Assembly: GCA_003213355.1 (NCBI GenBank)
Contig: QCND01000001.1
Span: 1 to 56,824, forward strand
DNA from: Prochlorococcus sp. AG-424-E20
GTDB taxonomy: Bacteria; Cyanobacteriota; Cyanobacteriia; PCC-6307; Cyanobiaceae
Direction of reading: 5' to 3'
DNA length: 56,824 nt
How positions within the stretch are numbered: position 1 is the stretch's first letter; every line of letters starts with the position of its first letter. Both the position numbers and the translations under genes were made by a program. Of the stretch, positions 31,241 through 39,804 are shown piece by piece. The notes beneath the pieces are model-generated. The model saw nothing but the letters and a program-made list of their open reading frames with translations. It made no database searches and was not told the origin of the DNA.

Positions 31241-31396
31241 TCAAGCTACCGCTTTGTCTTTAAGAGACCTTAAGTATCTCTTTCTTTGACCGCTACCTTC
31301 TACTTCAAAACGCCATGAAGGTTTTTTGTTGTCGGTTTTTTTTAAGTTAACGCCAGAATTGCTAGTGCTTAACTTCTTCTTAATCTGTGTATTCAT
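31241..31396 (-). CDS. Unannotated 51-aa basic microprotein
   Basis: MNTQIKKKLSTSNSGVNLKKTDNKKPSWRFEVEGSGQRKRYLRSLKDKAVA. Confidence 0.6.
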   Translation of the reverse strand: MNTQIKKKLSTSNSGVNLKKTDNKKPSWRFEVEGSGQRKRYLRSLKDKAVA

Positions 31397-31467
31397 GGGA
31401 CTATTAAAGCACATTCTCTAATTCTTTATGGTTCGGTGGTCACTTTTTCTTCTCGTAAATAGATAAT

Positions 31468-31496
31468 AAAAAAGAGGTCCACTTGAACCCCTCTTT
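31468..31496 (-). terminator. Probable terminator for the 31524..31667 ORF
   Basis: Minus strand AAAGAGG...CCTCTTT followed by a T-run. Confidence 0.6.
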
Positions 31497-31523
31497 GAAA
31501 TTTAAAAAAATTTTGACCTTAAC

Positions 31524-31667
31524 TTATGCAATTCCTCGGTTCTTATAAGGGTCATCTTTGAAAGGCTGCGCCTCAAAACTTGGAGGTGAGTTCTCTTTAT
31601 AAGGATGAAATAGAGCATTTCCCATTGAAATGAGTAATTCTTGAAGCCAAAGAATTGTTTTTTCCAT
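31524..31667 (-). CDS. Unannotated 47-aa microprotein (QPFxxDPY motif)
   Basis: MEKTILWLQELLISMGNALFHPYKENSPPSFEAQPFKDDPYKNRGIA; GAGAGGA RBS and its own terminator. Confidence 0.75.
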   Translation of the reverse strand: MEKTILWLQELLISMGNALFHPYKENSPPSFEAQPFKDDPYKNRGIA

Positions 31668-31813
31668 TGAGTCCTCTCGCGGGATATAACCATATATAAG
31701 TTATGTGGAATATTTATACATCAGTAAAAACTCCTCTTGTTGAATTTTTAATTTTCTAAGAAATAGCAATCGAGCAGCTCTCGAGTATCTATTGGAAATA
31801 AGAAATTTTGACC

Positions 31814-32887
31814 TTATCCGAATCCTTGAGCTGCTGTTTTTGTCCGAACCTTAAACTCCCAAACCGTAATTCCTCCATTTGCATTTATTGCAGCCAAGGC
31901 ATTGTCATCAGGATGCCAAGCGATTTGGCTTACAAGGTCACCTGCAAATGCACCACCAACTGGATCACCCTGACCATCTTTTTGGAGAAACCAAGAAAAA
32001 ACTGAACCATCGCGCGCGCCAGAAGCTAAAAGCATCCCGCTATGTGAGAAAGAAAGGCATGAAATGGGTTCCGTATGAAGCATTAACTCTCCTGGCACAG
32101 TGCCCTCAGGACCATCGCCTTGAAAACTCCAAACCGTCACTCGATCACTACCCCCGGTAGCAAGGACTGTGCCGGTTTGATCAAAAGCTAGATGGCTTGG
32201 TTTGCCTGGGTAGCCTGTCATCTCTGAATCTTGATCAGTAGAACGACGCCAGAAATGAACAGAATTATCCTGACTGCCGCATGCCACTATGTCTCCATCT
32301 GGACTAAGCACCATAGATACCAGTGAGCCTCGCCACTCCAACTTTTGATTGATCTTATCGCCTACTACATCATAAAAAGTTACTTGGCCGTAGCATGCTG
32401 TGGCTAATTCATTGGAATTAGACCAAGAAATCGCGCTGACAGTGCTGGGATGCTCCTCTGATCGCCAATGTTCTTGACCATTTTCATCAAAAACATAGAC
32501 GTATTTAGTAAAAACTACTGCTAAAAATTTTCCGTCTGGGGACCACTTGATGTGTTCAACCCATCCTTTCCCTAGTTCCAACTTTTTAGTTGACTTACCC
32601 TCTTTGCTTTCCCATATACACACATGTCCATCCTGGCCAGCAGTTGCAAAAGTATTTCCATCTGGATGAATAGACATTGCTAGTAAGCCACCTTTATGTA
32701 TATCTTTTGATTGCCAAATAAGCTTTCCAGATTTCCCCTCAAATGCGTAAAGCCCTCCAGCAACATCACCTACTAAAAAGGTTTTACCTTGTAATGCCCA
32801 GCCGCAGACAATCGCATAGTCGTCAACTTGAGCAGACCAACCTTCATGAAGCATTCCTTTTGGACTAAATGCTTCTATACCAGACAT
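31814..32887 (-). CDS. WD40-repeat beta-propeller protein
   Basis: Repeated units such as HPDG-FATAGQDGHVCIW and SPDGDIVACGSQDNSVHFW; overlaps the cobW-like gene by 13 nt. Confidence 0.92.
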   Translation of the reverse strand: MSGIEAFSPKGMLHEGWSAQVDDYAIVCGWALQGKTFLVGDVAGGLYAFEGKSGKLIWQSKDIHKGGLLAMSIHPDGNTFATAGQDGHVCIWESKEGKSTKKLELGKGWVEHIKWSPDGKFLAVVFTKYVYVFDENGQEHWRSEEHPSTVSAISWSNSNELATACYGQVTFYDVVGDKINQKLEWRGSLVSMVLSPDGDIVACGSQDNSVHFWRRSTDQDSEMTGYPGKPSHLAFDQTGTVLATGGSDRVTVWSFQGDGPEGTVPGELMLHTEPISCLSFSHSGMLLASGARDGSVFSWFLQKDGQGDPVGGAFAGDLVSQIAWHPDDNALAAINANGGITVWEFKVRTKTAAQGFG

Positions 32888-34257
32888 TTGTCAAACTCTC
32901 TACTCATTTCTGCTTCATCAAGATTTCTACCGATAAAGACGAGTTGGTTACGGCGAGGTTCATTGCCCCATTCTTTATCAGGTTGTGCTGTGAAGAGCAT
33001 GTGTACTCCTTGAAAAACTATTCTCTTAGATTCACCCGCATAACTAATGAAACCTTTAGTGCGAAATATATCCACACCTTTCTCGGACAAAAGTCGACTT
33101 AGCCATCTATTGAGTTTCTCCGGATCTACATCACCCTCTCGCTCAATAGCGAATGAACCTACTTCGTCATCGTGTTCGTGTTCAGCTACCCAAACCCTCT
33201 CAGCTATTGGAGAAATTGTAGAGATGCTCTGATCATTATTTATCTCGTCCTTAGAAGGAGTATTTACTTTCTTTAACTTCATATTAAATTCTTCGGCTGT
33301 ATGTTGCGTGAATAGACCTATATCCCTTGCCTTATTAACATCTATGAAGAAGGACTTAGTCCCTTCGGATTGAAGTTGAAGGCTCACATGCTTGCCGACT
33401 GGAACCAAATCCCCTGGATTCATAAGTTGTTCTTGCTCTGCGTAGAGTCTCACGCATGACTCAGCACCTGTGTTAAGAGCTGTCTCGTCGTTACCTTGGT
33501 CTAATAACTGGACGAGAGACATTGTGGGGTCTGGACCTTCTTCGAGCGTAAGTTCATAGCGACCTTTTTCAAGTGAAAAAACACCTGTCCACTCAAATGG
33601 ATATTCTGGTTCCAGAAAAGTTGGACGACGCTGAAGTACTTGATCTAGATCAAAAGCACTTAGATTTAGCACAGTATCAATTGAGACGTCTGCTTGCTTA
33701 CTGCGTATGACACGAGCCATGCGATTCATATCGCGTAGCCGTGACTCTAAGTTGTCGAGTGATTCATCTGAAACTAGATCAGTTTTATTTAGGATAAGGA
33801 CGTCAGCAAAGGCAACTTGCTCCGAACTCTCATCACTTCGACCAAGTTGTTGCTCTATATGGGCTGCATCAACAAGTGTGACTATGCCATCAAGTGCAAA
33901 CTCCTCACGGATTTCATCGTCCATAAAGAAAGTCTGAGCAACAGGACCAGGATCAGCAAGGCCAGTAGTTTCAACTAATACATAGTCAAATTTGTCTCGT
34001 CTCTTCATGAGGTTTCCAAGTACACGAATAAGATCACCCCGAACGGTGCAGCAGATGCAACCATTCGACATCTCGAAGACCTCTTCATCAGCATTGATGA
34101 CTAATCCCTGATCAATGCCAACTTCACCATATTCATTCTCAATAACAGCTATTTTTTTACCGTGCTCTTCGCTAAGGATTCGATTGAGTAGGGTTGTTTT
34201 GCCTGATCCTAGAAAACCAGTCAGTATTGTAACCGGTACTTTTTGTGTGTTGCTCAT
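32875..34257 (-). CDS. COG0523/CobW-family G3E GTPase metallochaperone with an inserted domain
   Basis: GFLGSGKTT, ENEYG, GCICC, ETTGLA, NKTD, CobW_C FRTKG...QGVH. Confidence 0.95.
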   Translation of the reverse strand: MSNTQKVPVTILTGFLGSGKTTLLNRILSEEHGKKIAVIENEYGEVGIDQGLVINADEEVFEMSNGCICCTVRGDLIRVLGNLMKRRDKFDYVLVETTGLADPGPVAQTFFMDDEIREEFALDGIVTLVDAAHIEQQLGRSDESSEQVAFADVLILNKTDLVSDESLDNLESRLRDMNRMARVIRSKQADVSIDTVLNLSAFDLDQVLQRRPTFLEPEYPFEWTGVFSLEKGRYELTLEEGPDPTMSLVQLLDQGNDETALNTGAESCVRLYAEQEQLMNPGDLVPVGKHVSLQLQSEGTKSFFIDVNKARDIGLFTQHTAEEFNMKLKKVNTPSKDEINNDQSISTISPIAERVWVAEHEHDDEVGSFAIEREGDVDPEKLNRWLSRLLSEKGVDIFRTKGFISYAGESKRIVFQGVHMLFTAQPDKEWGNEPRRNQLVFIGRNLDEAEMSREFDKCLV

Positions 34258-34347
34258 TTTCTTTTATTAACGATGCGAACAATGAGTGCTATCAAGAGAA
34301 ATATCAGTTAGCCAATTCTTTTGGATACCCAACAATTCAAGTGATTT

Positions 34348-34584
34348 TCATTCAAAGTCATCAAGCTCATGATAATTGTAAGGAACTTTTAGTCTTACTG
34401 TAAGCTTGCTATTCTCTTTTTTCAGCGAATGATTTGAAAATTGAAGTTCTTTTAGATTGTCATCAAAATCAGTTGCGACTGTAAGTTTTAATATCTTATC
34501 TTTATCCCATGGTGGTTTATCCATGAAACTTGCCTGGTCTTCCCAGTGTTGTTTGTAAACTTTATATCCTTTAGTTGGAAACAT
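34348..34584 (-). CDS. Hypothetical protein (78 aa) between znuA and the COG0523 gene
   Basis: ATG ORF co-oriented with both neighbours. Confidence 0.6.
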   Translation of the reverse strand: MFPTKGYKVYKQHWEDQASFMDKPPWDKDKILKLTVATDFDDNLKELQFSNHSLKKENSKLTVRLKVPYNYHELDDFE

Positions 34585-34634
34585 TTTTTTAAAGTCAACA
34601 TTTTTAAATGTTGACGGGATTGTATTTGTAAAAG

Positions 34635-36140
34635 TTACGGATTAATTAAAGAATTCCATTTCCCCTCAAGTGCATCGCCCTCTTGCTCATCACATTCTCC
34701 ACCAAGTGAATTAACAATTGTGCAGGTGTTATGTACAGCAACTGAAATAGTATTCCCTGTTGGCATTAGACCGTCAACATAGATTTGATTTGATGCGATA
34801 GGAGTTGAAGTTTGTCTACTGAGGTTTCTCAATAGCTTTGAAGGAGGCTTTTGCTCAGCGAATAAAACTTTCACGTTTTCTTCTTTAAGCTCAGCTAATA
34901 CAGTTGAAATAGTTTGAGGCCTAAGGCTGGATGAATCACCAAGAAAATCTAGTAGGCTCATGCTCTTCAATCCAAATGCATCTCCATAATATTCCATGGC
35001 TTTGTGCTTAGAAACTATCGTCTTTTGATCAGAAGGAATAGTAGCTATTTGTTCTTGAGTCCATTGATCTAGATCTTCCAAAATGGCATTTACAGATTGA
35101 GTTCTTTCTTTTAAAACTTTTTTAGTTTCTCTATCAAAGAATGAAATCTTCTTGTTGATATTCTTAGAAATTATATTTCCCATCTTGATGATGTTATGTG
35201 GATCATGCCAGATATGAGGATCTAAGCCTCCATGGTCATGGTGATGATGATCTCCTTCATCTGGTACTTGGGCAATCGGTTCAACATCGTCGCCTGAAAC
35301 ATCTTTAAAGAAATGTTCATCGGCTTCAAACTCAAACGGCATATGCTCAGTAAAGAAAGCGTATTTACCAGATTTTTTTATTTCTACAGTAAATGTTGTG
35401 ATGTCTTTCTTTTCATTAAATGTAAGAAGGTAGGCTTTGTCCTGCGCAATAAGTTTGTCATTATTGCTCTTAACTTCTGAATTTTTGGATCCTAATAATT
35501 CTTTAGCAAGCTCTTCTGATGCTTCAATATCACCAGACTTAAGAATAACCATTTTCATCGCAGGATCAGCATAGTCTCCATCAACTTTGGCGAAAGACCA
35601 TTTGTAGACTCCTGCGGAAAGATCAAAAACACCAGCCCATTCAAAAGCTCCCTCTCCATGGGCATCGCCATGATCATCGTGGTCGTCATGATCATCATGC
35701 TTAGCAGCTGAATGATCGCCATGATCATCGTGGTCGTCATGATCATCGTGGTCGTCATGATCGTCTATTTCTATTGCACTTACACCAACGACAACAGTTA
35801 AGGGATTATCTAACCATTTTTTAATTGCAGGGGTCATCTCTGAACCAAGAGTAAATACTTGATTCGCACTTTTTAGTGTTTGAGCTTGCCTTGGAGTGAT
35901 CTTGACATCATGAACATCTTGCTTTCTGTCAATTAAGCAGGTTACGGGCGTAGAGGGTGGTGCAATCGCAGATACAACATCGCAAACCAATGGCTCTACA
36001 GCAACAATTGATTTTGTATTTGCTTGCGCTGTCTGATTGATTCCAGAAAATAAAAATGCTCCAGCAACAAGAGAACTTTTGAGAACTGTTTTATTGATTA
36101 TGGGTTTAACCTTTTTCGACTGATTTGAAAAATTCAACAT
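34635..36140 (-). CDS. znuA: Zn/Mn ABC transporter substrate-binding protein, extended ZnuA
   Basis: DVHD, His/Asp loop, DPHIWHDP, H-AMEYY; ~130-aa insertion. Confidence 0.92.
   Translation of the reverse strand: MLNFSNQSKKVKPIINKTVLKSSLVAGAFLFSGINQTAQANTKSIVAVEPLVCDVVSAIAPPSTPVTCLIDRKQDVHDVKITPRQAQTLKSANQVFTLGSEMTPAIKKWLDNPLTVVVGVSAIEIDDHDDHDDHDDHDDHGDHSAAKHDDHDDHDDHGDAHGEGAFEWAGVFDLSAGVYKWSFAKVDGDYADPAMKMVILKSGDIEASEELAKELLGSKNSEVKSNNDKLIAQDKAYLLTFNEKKDITTFTVEIKKSGKYAFFTEHMPFEFEADEHFFKDVSGDDVEPIAQVPDEGDHHHHDHGGLDPHIWHDPHNIIKMGNIISKNINKKISFFDRETKKVLKERTQSVNAILEDLDQWTQEQIATIPSDQKTIVSKHKAMEYYGDAFGLKSMSLLDFLGDSSSLRPQTISTVLAELKEENVKVLFAEQKPPSKLLRNLSRQTSTPIASNQIYVDGLMPTGNTISVAVHNTCTIVNSLGGECDEQEGDALEGKWNSLINP
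35657..35765. repeat. Tandem 9/18-nt repeats encoding the (DDH)n loop of ZnuA
   Basis: CATGATCATCGTGGTCGT units in two blocks. Confidence 0.9.
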
Positions 36141-36157
36141 TAAAAATATAAAGCGTA

Positions 36158-36180
36158 TCTAAAACGATAATCATTTTCAT
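36158..36180. promoter_or_regulatory. Zur box between divergent znuA and znuC
   Basis: Minus strand ATGAAAATGATTATCGTTTTAGA, a near-palindrome matching the AATGATnATCATT core with one mismatch. Confidence 0.8.
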
Positions 36181-36226
36181 TTGGTCTTGGCAAGTATATT
36201 ATGTTTCTTGTCAGCAAATCCTCTAA

Positions 36227-36925
36227 TTGATGCCTAGCTTGATTGCTGAAAATTTGACATATTCTTATTCAAGTAAAATTAAACCTGCTTTAAGCAAGGT
36301 TTCTCTAAAGCTTGTGCAAGGTACTTTGACTGCTCTTGTTGGTCCGAATGGTGCTGGTAAGTCCACATTATTAAGCTTGCTGCAAGGGAGTAGTAAACCG
36401 GATCAAGGGGAAATTACTGTTGATGGGAAACCATTGCGAAATAATCGATCTCAAGTGGCTTTAATGCCTCAGCGGGGGAAGCTGAATTGGAATTTTCCAA
36501 TTACTGTTGAAGGATTTGTTTCTTTAGGTCGTGTCAATCATTCGAAATCGACTTGTTGTGAATTAGAAGCGGCTCTTCAACGTGTTGGAATATCTCATTT
36601 AGCAAAAAGGCGACTTGATGCTTTATCAGGTGGACAGCAACAAAGAGCATTACTCGCAAAAACCTTGATGAATCCTGCCAAAATATTTCTACTTGATGAA
36701 CCGTGTTCTGCATTTGACCCTCCTGCAAAAGAAGATTTCCTATTAATCATTCGTCAGTTAGCTGATTCGGGATTGACGGTGTTCGTTAGTAGTCACGATT
36801 GGGGGACGTCCTTAAATGCTTATGACAAGGTTGTCGTTCTAGATAAGATTATTTTGGCTTCTGGCAATCCTGAAGAGGTGCAGGAAAAACTTAGTTCAAT
36901 TAATTATTTGAGATGGAAAATATAG
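36227..36925 (+). CDS. znuC: Zn/Mn ABC transporter ATPase
   Basis: GPNGAGKST, PQR...FPITV, LSGGQQQR, LDEP, SHD. Confidence 0.92.
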   Translation: MMPSLIAENLTYSYSSKIKPALSKVSLKLVQGTLTALVGPNGAGKSTLLSLLQGSSKPDQGEITVDGKPLRNNRSQVALMPQRGKLNWNFPITVEGFVSLGRVNHSKSTCCELEAALQRVGISHLAKRRLDALSGGQQQRALLAKTLMNPAKIFLLDEPCSAFDPPAKEDFLLIIRQLADSGLTVFVSSHDWGTSLNAYDKVVVLDKIILASGNPEEVQEKLSSINYLRWKI

Positions 36926-36951
36926 TTCTGATTTATCTTTATGCATTTCCA

Positions 36952-37353
36952 TCAAGCATTCAATTCTTGGGAACAATTTTGACAGAGGCCAAAGTATTCA
37001 AGAGTATGAAACAACAGCTCAAATTGTTTAGAGGCTTTTTGGGGTATGTGCATTGTTTTGACGGGGCATCCCTGCAATTGAGTGGTTTCTCCGCAGCTTA
37101 CGCAAGTTAAATGATGAATATCTCTTTCAACTGGGGCATAAAGGACCTCGCCGTTCGGGAGGTGCCTCGAGCGTATCAAGCCTTGCTTTACTAACGCTTG
37201 CAAGTTCCTGTATACAGTCGTTAGACCCATTGCCTTTTCACCATTATGAAGTTTTCTATGCAGTTCTTGTCCACTCAACTCATCAGTACATTTTTTGAGT
37301 TCATTAAGAAGCTGTTGCTGTCTCTTCGTGATGTCAGGCTTGCTTGTATTCAT
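36952..37353 (-). CDS. zur: Fur-family regulator, probably Zur
   Basis: TKRQ, GLTTVYRNL, HHLTCVSCG, CP, GLCQNC; located inside the znu cluster. Confidence 0.88.
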   Translation of the reverse strand: MNTSKPDITKRQQQLLNELKKCTDELSGQELHRKLHNGEKAMGLTTVYRNLQALVKQGLIRSRHLPNGEVLYAPVERDIHHLTCVSCGETTQLQGCPVKTMHIPQKASKQFELLFHTLEYFGLCQNCSQELNA

Positions 37354-37405
37354 TAGCAAGATCTTTATTTGATCTCTTTACTGAACATACTGAATCATTT
37401 GCTTA

Positions 37406-38191
37406 ATGTCTTTTATCAATACAAATTGGTGGATAATTCCTCTTCTGATAACTTCCTTTTCAGGAGTGCTTTGCCCTGCCATGGGGACTGTATTGATAAC
37501 TCATAAAAGGCTTCTTCAAGTCAATTTAATTTCACACTGTGTTTTGCCAGGACTTGCCTTGGCTTTGGCGCTTGGGATTGACCCATCTATTGGAGGTGTA
37601 TTAAGCGGATTAGTGGGAGCTATTGCAGCAGAAAGTTTGACAAATAAGAAAAATCAAAATTATGAAGCTGTAATGAATACAATTCTTGCTGGTTCAATGG
37701 GACTTGGTGTTTTGCTTATACCTTTACTTGGAATTAGGATTGATTTAGAGGCTGTTTTGTTTGGAGATTTATTAACTGCAAATTTGAGCGATTTATTAAG
37801 AACTTTGATTGCGTTCTCGGCATTCATTTGCCTAATGCTTTTTGGGTACGACAAGCTTGTTCATATTGGTTTAGACCCAGAAGGAGCTGCTGCAAGTGGC
37901 GTTAATGTATCTTTTTTGAATTTAGCTCTGGGATTTACCACTGCACTTGTCATTGTGAGCTCAATGTCAGCAGTCGGGGTTATCCTTGTGATTGCTTTAC
38001 TCTCAACTCCAACTTTGTTGGGTTTACAGAAAGCTAGCTCTCTGTGGGTTGCGATGGTTCGATCTTCCATATTTGGATTAGTTGTATCGATCATTGGTTT
38101 TTCGCTTGCTATGTTTATGAATTTGCCTCCAGGCCCACTTATTAGTGTTCTTTGTGTAATTTCATTGATCTTGCTTCCAAGGAGTAGTTAG
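37406..38191 (+). CDS. znuB: Zn/Mn ABC transporter permease
   Basis: ISHCVLPG, LFGDLL, DPEGA-ASG, VGVILVIALL. Confidence 0.92.
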   Translation: MSFINTNWWIIPLLITSFSGVLCPAMGTVLITHKRLLQVNLISHCVLPGLALALALGIDPSIGGVLSGLVGAIAAESLTNKKNQNYEAVMNTILAGSMGLGVLLIPLLGIRIDLEAVLFGDLLTANLSDLLRTLIAFSAFICLMLFGYDKLVHIGLDPEGAAASGVNVSFLNLALGFTTALVIVSSMSAVGVILVIALLSTPTLLGLQKASSLWVAMVRSSIFGLVVSIIGFSLAMFMNLPPGPLISVLCVISLILLPRSS

Positions 38192-38349
38192 AATTGAACT
38201 CAAAATCTCTTTAATTTTATTGGCTATATTTAATGAGACTCTAAGAAGATAGGATTAGATCAAGAAATCTGAAAATAACAACGATTTGATTTTAGTTTGA
38301 ATAAAATTGAGCCAAGTGATTTCTAATTCGTCCTTTTATTGATTGAATC

Positions 38350-38967
38350 ATGAAGAGAACGCAACTTAATGTAAGTATTGATCCAAAACTCTTAGAAAAG
38401 ATTAAAGAGAGTGCCAGGATCTCTGGTAAATCATTGGTTGGTTTTGTCTCTGATTGTTTTGTTAATCAAATAGAGAACCTTCCTGTTGAATCGATAGATT
38501 CTAGATTGGAAACAATTGAACAAAGGCTTCAATTAATTGAAAATAATCTTCAATTGCCAGCACTTAAAGCTCAAAGAACTCAACCTTTTACATCTAAAGA
38601 AGTAGAAAATTTTAATGAATTTATAAAGGCTGTTTTTAGAAAAGAATTAAAAAGAAAGGGATATAGATCAATGAAAGAGGCATGGAATGATTTTATAAAC
38701 CATATAAATTGTTTTGAACAATGGGATGAGACATGTTCTTTTAGACTTAAAGAGTCTCTTTTTATTGAACATGCTGATCCTTTAACAAGCGAAGAAATTA
38801 ATCACCTCAAAGAAGGAGACGTATGTCCTCAACCAATTCGAACAGGGATAATTAATTGGATCAACAATTCTGATAGAGGAGAATGTTGTTGTTCCGATAA
38901 AGAGTTCCCTTCACAGCAGCAAATTTGCGAAAAGGGTTCAATGTTAGTTGAAGATATATATTCTTAG
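38350..38967 (+). CDS. Hypothetical protein with RHH-like N-terminus and Cys-rich C-terminus
   Basis: MKRTQLNVSIDPKLLEKIKESARISGKSL (CopG-like), coiled coil, then CPQP/ECCCS/IC. Confidence 0.7.
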   Translation: MKRTQLNVSIDPKLLEKIKESARISGKSLVGFVSDCFVNQIENLPVESIDSRLETIEQRLQLIENNLQLPALKAQRTQPFTSKEVENFNEFIKAVFRKELKRKGYRSMKEAWNDFINHINCFEQWDETCSFRLKESLFIEHADPLTSEEINHLKEGDVCPQPIRTGIINWINNSDRGECCCSDKEFPSQQQICEKGSMLVEDIYS

Positions 38968-39099
38968 ACCAATTAAGATCACTTTTCGAAAGTTAATTAA
39001 ATCCTAATTTGTGACAAAACAGAGGGATGAATTTTGTCTTTTTTAGATATATTGCCAAGAACTTTATACCACAACTTTAAATTCTTAATTACTTCAAGA

Positions 39100-39543
39100 T
39101 TAGTTAGGGTTTATATGGATTGCACAAGGCATCCATAATTTACCCATCTTATGGACGCCATTGCATCCGATCTTTTTGGCTTCGATCTCTGCCTGAGCTT
39201 TAGTTGGATATGCATATATATTTTTTGAAGACGAAGAATTAGAACGATTGATTGACTCCTGAATAGCATTGTTTTCTGGACTCCATACCTTAAGACCCAT
39301 GGTTGTTATTCCTGCAGAAAATATTCCCATTCCTACTATTGAGGCATTTAATACTCCCATGGCTACAGCGCCAATAGAAACGACGCCCATGGGAACAATC
39401 CCAATGCTTACAATCCCCATGGGAACAATTCCAATGGAAATGAATCCAAGTGGTGCTATGCCAAATGCAATTTTTTTTGGTTTGCTTCCACAATGAGAAG
39501 GACCTTCTGATGCTTCTTTCTTAGAAGTATGTGAAGTTGTCAT
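39100..39543 (-). CDS. DUF3721-domain protein with Gly-periodic hydrophobic repeats
   Basis: YPTKAQAE-EAKKIGCNGVHKMG-LWMPC; (GIVSIGIVPM)-like repeats. Confidence 0.8.
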   Translation of the reverse strand: MTTSHTSKKEASEGPSHCGSKPKKIAFGIAPLGFISIGIVPMGIVSIGIVPMGVVSIGAVAMGVLNASIVGMGIFSAGITTMGLKVWSPENNAIQESINRSNSSSSKNIYAYPTKAQAEIEAKKIGCNGVHKMGKLWMPCAIHINPN

Positions 39544-39555
39544 TGCTTAAACTTT

Positions 39556-39804
39556 TTAGTGATGATGGTGATGTCCCTCATGTTTTTCTCCTTTTTCATG
39601 AGCATCATGACTTTTGCAAGGCATCCATTTGTCATCCATTTTATGAGCACCCTTGCAATTGAAATCTTTAGCAGCGTTTTCAGCTTCTTTTCTAGTATCA
39701 AAGAGGGCACGAGTACTGCTTGTTTCTGAGTTGCTTGAACAGCCCATTAGTGAGAATGACAGTGATATAACCAAAACAGAAACAATAGGCTTAAGGTTTT
39801 TCAT
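39556..39804 (-). CDS. DUF3721-domain lipoprotein with His tail
   Basis: Lipobox LMGC, FDTRKEAE-AAKDFNCKGAHKMDDKWMPC, ends HEGHHHHH. Confidence 0.82.
   Translation of the reverse strand: MKNLKPIVSVLVISLSFSLMGCSSNSETSSTRALFDTRKEAENAAKDFNCKGAHKMDDKWMPCKSHDAHEKGEKHEGHHHHH

Noticed and set aside
31502-31693. 63-aa track ORF MVISRERT...
   Set aside because: The overlapping frame 31524..31667 has a clear RBS and more protein-like sequence.
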